This document shows positions 58,151 to 64,000 of a stretch of DNA of 64,000 nt, in pieces. Position numbers and translations under genes: made by a program. Within the stretch, counting starts at the first letter, position 1, and every line of letters starts with the position of its first letter. The notes below the pieces were generated by a model. The model ran no database searches. It was not told the DNA's origin and saw only the letters and a program-made list of their open reading frames with translations. This DNA comes from a virus. Its lineage: Duplodnaviria; Heunggongvirae; Uroviricota; Caudoviricetes. Location: the IMG/VR virus record IMGVR_UViG_2541046997_000001, positions 99,307-163,306 of that record; one strand, given 5' to 3'.

Positions 58151-59209
58151 ATGACGACAACAGAAGAAACAACAAAAAGAGGAAAGAAAATGTATGAAAA
58201 TGCAACCGCTCATATTGGAAGAACATATGGGTGGTTGACCATCAAAGATGTTGATTATGAAATGACAGAAGAGCATAACTGTAACGGTAAACACTATGGA
58301 GCATATGTTGTATGTGAATGTAGGTGCGGCAATATAAAATCTTATAGACTAAATTCATTAAAGACAGGACATACGTATTCATGCGGATGCTCTAAATTTG
58401 ATAATCCTAAAATGGGAGATAATTTAACTGGTCAAAAATTTGGAAGATTGACAGTAATTAAAAGAGATATAGATAGAGATAAAAAATTAGTTCAAGAAGG
58501 TAAATCTGGAAATGCTCACTGGCTATGTCAATGTGATTGCGGAAATCCTGAACTACGTAGTGTTACGGGTTATCAATTGAAAAGTGGCAAAACTCAATCG
58601 TGTGGTTGTTATGCTTCTGAAAAAATAGCAGAAAGGAACAAAAAGTACTCTACAAAGGTAAATCGGATTAAGGAAAACAAAGATACGATTATATTATATG
58701 ACGATAATAATAATGAATGTATTATCGACAAAGAAGATTATGATGTTTTGAAAAACTGGTATTGGAGAAAAACTGAAAAACGTGGCGAAATTGATAAAGG
58801 ATATTGGATAACAAATTCAAAAATAGATGATAAATATGAAACATCCGTGGTCTTTATTCATCAAATTGTTGCAGAAATTAAATATGGTGAATATAACAGA
58901 AAAGAAGTAATGCCTGATCATTTATCAAGAGATACTAACGATAATCGAAAATGCAATATATATTTAAAAAGTAATATGGGTAATTGTAAAAACAGAAGTT
59001 TAAGCAAGGCAAATAGTTCTGGGAAAACAGGTGTTTCATTTGATAAAAGTACGAATGCATGGGTGGCTTTAATAACTGTTAATTACAAAACAAAATATCT
59101 TGGGAAATATAAACGTTTTGAAGATGCTGTTGCCGCTAGAAAAGAGGCAGAATTGAAATACGGATTTACGTGTGATGATGTTGTCGCTGAATATGATGAG
59201 GTGAGTTAA
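58151..59209 (+). CDS. HNH homing endonuclease with an AP2 DNA-binding domain and two N-terminal Cys-rich repeats, inserted between nrdD and nrdG.
   Basis: HQIVAEIKYGEY...DHLSRDTNDNRKCN (HNH motif). AP2-like SGKTGVSFDKSTNAWVALITVNYKTKYLGKYKRFEDAVAARKEAELKYG. Confidence 0.75.
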   Translation: MTTTEETTKRGKKMYENATAHIGRTYGWLTIKDVDYEMTEEHNCNGKHYGAYVVCECRCGNIKSYRLNSLKTGHTYSCGCSKFDNPKMGDNLTGQKFGRLTVIKRDIDRDKKLVQEGKSGNAHWLCQCDCGNPELRSVTGYQLKSGKTQSCGCYASEKIAERNKKYSTKVNRIKENKDTIILYDDNNNECIIDKEDYDVLKNWYWRKTEKRGEIDKGYWITNSKIDDKYETSVVFIHQIVAEIKYGEYNRKEVMPDHLSRDTNDNRKCNIYLKSNMGNCKNRSLSKANSSGKTGVSFDKSTNAWVALITVNYKTKYLGKYKRFEDAVAARKEAELKYGFTCDDVVAEYDEVS

Positions 59210-59854
59210 GTGAATTATTTGAAAATAGAAAAAGAAAATGTTTTAAACGGGTTTGGCATTCGTGTTGTTTTATGGTGTTCTGGATGTGATCATCACTGTC
59301 GGAATTGTCAGAATCCTATTACTTGGAATCCGAATGACGGAGTTCAATTTGACGAATCGGCAAAAAAAGAAATATTAGATGAGTTGTCTAAAGACTATAT
59401 TTCCGGTATTACATTTACTGGTGGCGATCCATTATATTCACAAAACCTTAAAGACGTTTTGGATTTGATTACAGATTTACGTTCAAAATATCCAATAAGT
59501 AGAAAAATAGATACAATATATAGAGAAAATGATAACTTCAAATACAATATATTGATTAAAAACTCAGATGAAATCCGTCTTTCATGTCAAGAAAAAACAA
59601 TCTGGTTATATTCCGGATATACATGGGAACAGATTATGTATCCAGTTGTTACAGACGATTTTAATCCCGAACGAGACAAAATTTTAAAAATGCGTCAAGA
59701 CATTGTGAAACAGTGTGATGTACTTGTAGATGGAAGATATGAAGAAGACAAACGAGATGTTACATATCATTGGGCTGGCAGCACAAACCAAAGAGTCATT
59801 GACGTGCAAGAAACGTTAAAACAAGGAAAGGTGATCTTGTGGGAGAATCAGTAA
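59210..59854 (+). CDS. nrdG: Anaerobic RNR activating protein NrdG (radical SAM).
   Basis: CSGCDHHCRNC cluster motif and ITFTGGDPL. Confidence 0.85.
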   Translation: MNYLKIEKENVLNGFGIRVVLWCSGCDHHCRNCQNPITWNPNDGVQFDESAKKEILDELSKDYISGITFTGGDPLYSQNLKDVLDLITDLRSKYPISRKIDTIYRENDNFKYNILIKNSDEIRLSCQEKTIWLYSGYTWEQIMYPVVTDDFNPERDKILKMRQDIVKQCDVLVDGRYEEDKRDVTYHWAGSTNQRVIDVQETLKQGKVILWENQ

Positions 59855-60114
59855 AACTGAAAGATACTGTTTACTATGCAAGGATAATTCCTACGGTTGG
59901 CATATTTGATGTATGCCAACTCGTTATAAGAACAGTAGAGAATAATTATTTTGTAGGATGTGATAAAACAGACAAACATGCTTATTTATTACATTTTAAT
60001 GATTTAAATAAAACCGTTTTTACAAATAGAAAACAGGCATTAGATGTTGTTCTTACAGCAGAGAAGAATAATAAAAATAAAATATATAAAGAAATATTAT
60101 ACGAGGAGTATTAA
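59839..60114 (+). CDS. Hypothetical protein.
   Basis: ORF only. Confidence 0.45.
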   Translation: MGESVKLKDTVYYARIIPTVGIFDVCQLVIRTVENNYFVGCDKTDKHAYLLHFNDLNKTVFTNRKQALDVVLTAEKNNKNKIYKEILYEEY

Positions 60115-60220
60115 AACATGAATACATTGATTGGATTTTTAATTGGAATGTTTGTAGGTACACTTTTGGCGATTGTTGTTGTGGCATTATGTGTTGCGGC
60201 AGGAACCAGAGATGATTTAG

Positions 60221-60970
60221 ATGATCTATATTATAATTCAAAAGAATCAGAAAATATTAATAACAGTGGAAGAGGTGAGTAGTAAAATGGCGTATCTCAC
60301 GAGATATAAAGGCACATATAGATTAATGGCTCACATTGATCAAAATACAAATGATTATCCAAGAGACGATAAAGGCAATATTGATTCGGATGATATCTAT
60401 ATTAAATGTGCTTATGGGAATCAAATTTATCATTATGGACATTCCACATTGGTTGCATACATTCCTTCTACTGGAAGAGGGCATAATATCCTATTAGCGT
60501 TAGGTAAAGAGCTGTGCGGAAATGAAGAAAGGATCCCATATGATGAACTGTATTTATTATTAGAGCAGCAGGGTACTGTTTGGGACATTGTAGAAAATGA
60601 TAAAGAAATTGAGTTTAAGTTTTCTGCAAAAGACATTGAATTAATTGCAAAATATTTAAAACCACAAACCAGTGGCGCAAATATTAGTCCATTCAGCACT
60701 AAGAATTTACCTAAAAGAAAGTATGAAATACCTAGTGATGATTTGAAAAAATATAAGGATATAATCAGTAGAATTCCCGAAGGTAACATTCTTATCATAA
60801 AGAACATTACAAGCAAATTTTTGGGCGAAATTCTTACGAAAGACAAAGAATATAGACGAATAAATATAAAAGCTGATATGAAAAAGAAAATGCTTAAAAG
60901 TAAAGAATATATACATTACATTGGTAAATGGGGTGAATATATTAAATTCTTAAAGGAGAGGATTGAATGA
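60221..60970 (+). CDS. Hypothetical protein. The likely start is ATG 60287.
   Basis: RBS GGAAGAGGTGAG before ATG 60287. Confidence 0.5.
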   Translation: MIYIIIQKNQKILITVEEVSSKMAYLTRYKGTYRLMAHIDQNTNDYPRDDKGNIDSDDIYIKCAYGNQIYHYGHSTLVAYIPSTGRGHNILLALGKELCGNEERIPYDELYLLLEQQGTVWDIVENDKEIEFKFSAKDIELIAKYLKPQTSGANISPFSTKNLPKRKYEIPSDDLKKYKDIISRIPEGNILIIKNITSKFLGEILTKDKEYRRINIKADMKKKMLKSKEYIHYIGKWGEYIKFLKERIE

Positions 60971-61281
60971 AAGAATACGAATTACATAAAAATTGCACTC
61001 ATGAAATCTTAATCAAGAATGGATTTAAAAAATATGGACAAGTTTATCGACTGAATGTTCCTTTGTATGAATATAAAAATTATCCAACTGTATCGGTTGA
61101 ATTTCAAGTTAGTTTTCCAAATACATTCGAATACGAAGTAGTTGACAATAATTCAGAAAATATTTATGTGTCATTTTACAACCCAACAGAAGCAGATAAA
61201 AAGAATAATTTAGTATTGAAAAAGGTAAAAAGAAATTTAAAAAAGAAGTTAAAAGAATTTATTAAACTAGAAATTATTTAG
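60967..61281 (+). CDS. Hypothetical protein.
   Basis: ATG overlaps the upstream stop (ATGA). Confidence 0.5.
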   Translation: MKEYELHKNCTHEILIKNGFKKYGQVYRLNVPLYEYKNYPTVSVEFQVSFPNTFEYEVVDNNSENIYVSFYNPTEADKKNNLVLKKVKRNLKKKLKEFIKLEII

Positions 61282-61295
61282 GAGGTATAAAACAA

Positions 61296-61802
61296 ATGAA
61301 ACGAATTGCAAAATTTCAGAAAGTAAGTTACGAGCAGTTTACAGAAGGATGGATCGATACTTTTGGTGCTACCAATGCAGAAGAAATCAAGACGATTTAC
61401 GATCATATCAAACTTCCAAAGCGTGCTACTTCAGGATCGGCAGGATATGATTTCTGTTCTACTGTTGCAGCAACTTTACAACCAGGAGAAATGTTAAAAA
61501 TTCCAACAGGAATTCGATGTGAAATTACTGATGGATGGGTATTAAAATGTTATCCAAGAAGTAGCCTTGGATTCAAATACTGTCTTAACTTAGTAAATCA
61601 AGCGGGTATTATCGATAGTGACTATTTCTTCTCGGATAATGAAGGGCATATTTTTATGAAATTTAAAAACAATGGAAATATGGTTGTGAATATTAATGAA
61701 GGTGATAAAATTGCTCAAGGAATCTTCGTGGAATATGGAATTACAGTCGATGATAATGTAATGGACGTGAGAAATGGAGGTATAGGGAGTACTGGTGTCT
61801 AA
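61296..61802 (+). CDS. dut: dUTPase (dUTP pyrophosphatase / dCTP deaminase-dUTPase superfamily).
   Basis: SAGYDF, PRSSL and GIIDSDYF motifs. Confidence 0.7.
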   Translation: MKRIAKFQKVSYEQFTEGWIDTFGATNAEEIKTIYDHIKLPKRATSGSAGYDFCSTVAATLQPGEMLKIPTGIRCEITDGWVLKCYPRSSLGFKYCLNLVNQAGIIDSDYFFSDNEGHIFMKFKNNGNMVVNINEGDKIAQGIFVEYGITVDDNVMDVRNGGIGSTGV

Positions 61803-62661
61803 AAATTGTAAAAAAGTTTTTAAATACGATTGTAATTGGAATAAAATTTTAGAGTATGATTCTGTTAATGAATGTGTTAAAGAGTTAAAAGTTTCTCCAT
61901 CTACACTTTCTAATATAAGCAAATATAAAAAGACTAAAGATGGGTTTTATTATATTATACAGCCATATCACCCAACTTATAAAATAGTAAAATGTGCCAA
62001 TTGTGAAAATCCTGTTAAGGTTTTTAAATCAAGATATGAAAATAGAGAAAAAATTTTCTGTAGTAAAATTTGTGAATCAGACTATAAAATTAAACACCCG
62101 CATTTAAACGCAGTTTGCTCATTTTGTGGAAAGCCAATTCATAAGAAAGAAAGTCAGATTAATAGAAGCAATAGATTGTATTGTTCTAAAGAATGTTTGA
62201 TTCAAGATAAAAGGGGTATTATGAGCGGTTCTAATAATCATCAATTTGGGCTTAAGGGAAGCCTAAACTCATCTTGGATTTCTGATGAAAGAATCTCTTT
62301 TTATGGATATAAATTGATTAGAGACTTAAAACATCCATTTAGAAATAATGATGATTTTGTATTTGAACATCGTTTAGTAGCAGAAAAATATCTTTTAAAT
62401 AATGAGAACAGTATAAAAATAGACGAAAAATTTTATTTGAAACTAGAATATGTTGTACATCACTTAGATTTTAATAGACAAAATAATAGTTTGGAAAATC
62501 TTTTGGTTATGAAGAGATCGAATCATACATCGCTACATGTAAATATGCGTACTGAGCAGGATTTTAAAACATATTGCGATGACTATCATGTATCCTTTGA
62601 TCTTGTAATGAAAAACCATAATTACAATATTGAACATTATAATTATAAAAAAATAGCATGA
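61795..62661 (+). CDS. HNH homing endonuclease with N-terminal zinc fingers.
   Basis: Repeated CxxC...C units. HHLDFNRQNNSLENLLVMKRSNH (HNH motif). Confidence 0.7.
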   Translation: MSKNCKKVFKYDCNWNKILEYDSVNECVKELKVSPSTLSNISKYKKTKDGFYYIIQPYHPTYKIVKCANCENPVKVFKSRYENREKIFCSKICESDYKIKHPHLNAVCSFCGKPIHKKESQINRSNRLYCSKECLIQDKRGIMSGSNNHQFGLKGSLNSSWISDERISFYGYKLIRDLKHPFRNNDDFVFEHRLVAEKYLLNNENSIKIDEKFYLKLEYVVHHLDFNRQNNSLENLLVMKRSNHTSLHVNMRTEQDFKTYCDDYHVSFDLVMKNHNYNIEHYNYKKIA

Positions 62662-62705
62662 GAAACGGTGGTTTCGGAAGTACAGGAAAATAACGGAGAA
62701 AATAT

Positions 62706-62891
62706 ATGGAGATATTATTGATTTTAGTAATATCAGCCATAATTACTTATTTATTATTTTATTTTACGGGCGGCGCAGAAATCCTATTAGATGAGTTGGT
62801 ATATTTTTTAATTACAGATATTTTTATCTCTCTTTTTCTGATAGGATTTTACGCTCTGTTCATAGGTAATTGGTTGATGAAAATTGTATAA
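62706..62891 (+). CDS. Small membrane protein.
   Basis: Two TM helices. Confidence 0.45.
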   Translation: MEILLILVISAIITYLLFYFTGGAEILLDELVYFLITDIFISLFLIGFYALFIGNWLMKIV

Positions 62892-62920
62892 ATAACAAAG
62901 GGTATATAAGGAGATAAAAA

Positions 62921-64000
62921 GTGAATAAAACGGAAAGAATCAAAGAATTGACAAAAATGCTAAATGAATACAGAAATGCGTATTATAACGAATCAGAGTC
63001 AATTATATCCGATTATGAGTACGATAAACTATATGACGAACTGGAAAAGTTAGAGAATGAAACTGGACTTTCATTCGCAAATTCACCTACAAAAACAGTT
63101 GGTTTTGAAGTGAAATCTGAGTTAGAAAAAGTCAAACATACTCATCCAATGCTTTCTCTTGACAAAACTAAATCAGTAGACGACCTAAGAAAATTTGCAG
63201 GAGATAAGGATTGTATTTTGAGTCTGAAGATGGACGGATTGACTTGCCTTTTGACATACGAAAACGGGGTGTTAGTACAGGCAGAAACTCGTGGCAATGG
63301 TGATGTCGGAGAGGTAATCACACATGATGCAAATGTGTTTGAAAATATTCCTCTTACAATTGAGTATAAAGGTCATTTCGAAATTGAAGGCGAAGCGATT
63401 ATTACATATGACGATTTTGAGAAAATTAATAAATCTCTTCCAGAGGATAAGAAATATAAGAATCCGAGAAATTTAGTTTCGGGATCTGTACGACAGTTAG
63501 ATAGCCGAGTTGCAGCACAACGACATATTAAATTTGTTACATGGAAAGTACCAACAGAAGTACCAGAAGGAATTTGTTCAAATTCATTTTTACATAGATT
63601 AATGTATACAAAAGACCTTGGGTTTGAAATTGTTCCACTTTTTACATATTCAGGCAAAAGTAGTGATAAAGAAAATCTTCCAGAAATGATTGAATCTTTA
63701 AAATCAAAAGCGCATGATTACGGCTATCCTATCGACGGCTTAGTCATGACGTATAACGATATTCAGCATGGTGAATCATTAGGTCTTACTGGACATCATC
63801 CAAAACACTCCGTTGCTTATAAATTTTACGATGAAGAATTTGAAACGACATTAAATAATATCGAATGGACAATGGGCAAAAGTGGCTGTTTAACTCCAAC
63901 GGCTGTATTTGAACCAGTGGAGATTGATGGAACTATAGTGGAACGTGCTTCATTACATAATATGAGTATTTTTAAGGATTTGGAATTATCATATGGAGAT
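62921..64000 (+). CDS. ligA: NAD+-dependent DNA ligase LigA, N-terminal ~360 aa. It starts with GTG and the gene continues beyond the window.
   Basis: By manual translation: Ia domain ...ISDYEYDKLYDEL, adenylation motif LKMDGL (KxDG), ETRGNGDVGEV, EIEGEA, PRNLVSGSVRQLD and ASLHN. RBS AAGGAGATAAAAA lies upstream. Confidence 0.9.
   Translation, partial: MNKTERIKELTKMLNEYRNAYYNESESIISDYEYDKLYDELEKLENETGLSFANSPTKTVGFEVKSELEKVKHTHPMLSLDKTKSVDDLRKFAGDKDCILSLKMDGLTCLLTYENGVLVQAETRGNGDVGEVITHDANVFENIPLTIEYKGHFEIEGEAIITYDDFEKINKSLPEDKKYKNPRNLVSGSVRQLDSRVAAQRHIKFVTWKVPTEVPEGICSNSFLHRLMYTKDLGFEIVPLFTYSGKSSDKENLPEMIESLKSKAHDYGYPIDGLVMTYNDIQHGESLGLTGHHPKHSVAYKFYDEEFETTLNNIEWTMGKSGCLTPTAVFEPVEIDGTIVERASLHNMSIFKDLELSYGD

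Overview
This window is an AT-rich, almost entirely plus-strand stretch of what looks like a large virulent phage of a low-GC, probably anaerobic Firmicute. The left edge holds an IS200/IS605-type tnpB remnant. The tnpB is frameshifted, is followed by a right-end hairpin (candidate omega-RNA scaffold) and then by two 32-bp direct repeats with a 34-bp spacer. Downstream come early-type small genes, with many zinc-ribbon proteins, an HNH homing endonuclease and one tRNA-like gene. The most notable module is an NAD+ island at 6.9-11 kb: nicotinamidase PncA, a Prs-like protein that is a candidate ADPR-PP synthetase (Adps, the ribose-phosphate pyrophosphokinase homolog of the NAD+ reconstitution pathway NARP1), a NAMPT-family enzyme that may be the NARP1 nicotinamide ADPR transferase (Namat), a macro-domain protein and NadE. 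A Thg1-like tRNA 3'-5' polymerase follows. The middle of the window has a multispecific C5-cytosine DNA methyltransferase whose motif I sits at the C-terminus (permuted or fused to a decayed tandem copy), a PAPS-reductase-like PP-loop protein, a sigma factor, an SPFH/band-7 membrane module, a nucleotidyltransferase, a DHH-DHHA1 phosphoesterase and a deoxyribosyltransferase-like protein. The replication block is SSB-like, GIY-YIG homing endonuclease, AAA ATPase, DnaB helicase, toprim primase, RecJ-like nuclease, DnaE-type polymerase and an ERCC4-like nuclease. The nucleotide-metabolism block is FolD, an HPr-like protein, a ThyX-fold protein whose catalytic RHR..S motif is replaced, a GMP-kinase-like kinase, NrdD, an HNH-AP2 homing endonuclease, NrdG, dUTPase and an HNH endonuclease. 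The 5' part of an NAD+-dependent ligase LigA runs off the right edge. Several genes are split by +/-1 frameshifts at homopolymer runs, which points to sequencing error or decay. All calls are made by eye from motifs; no database search was run.
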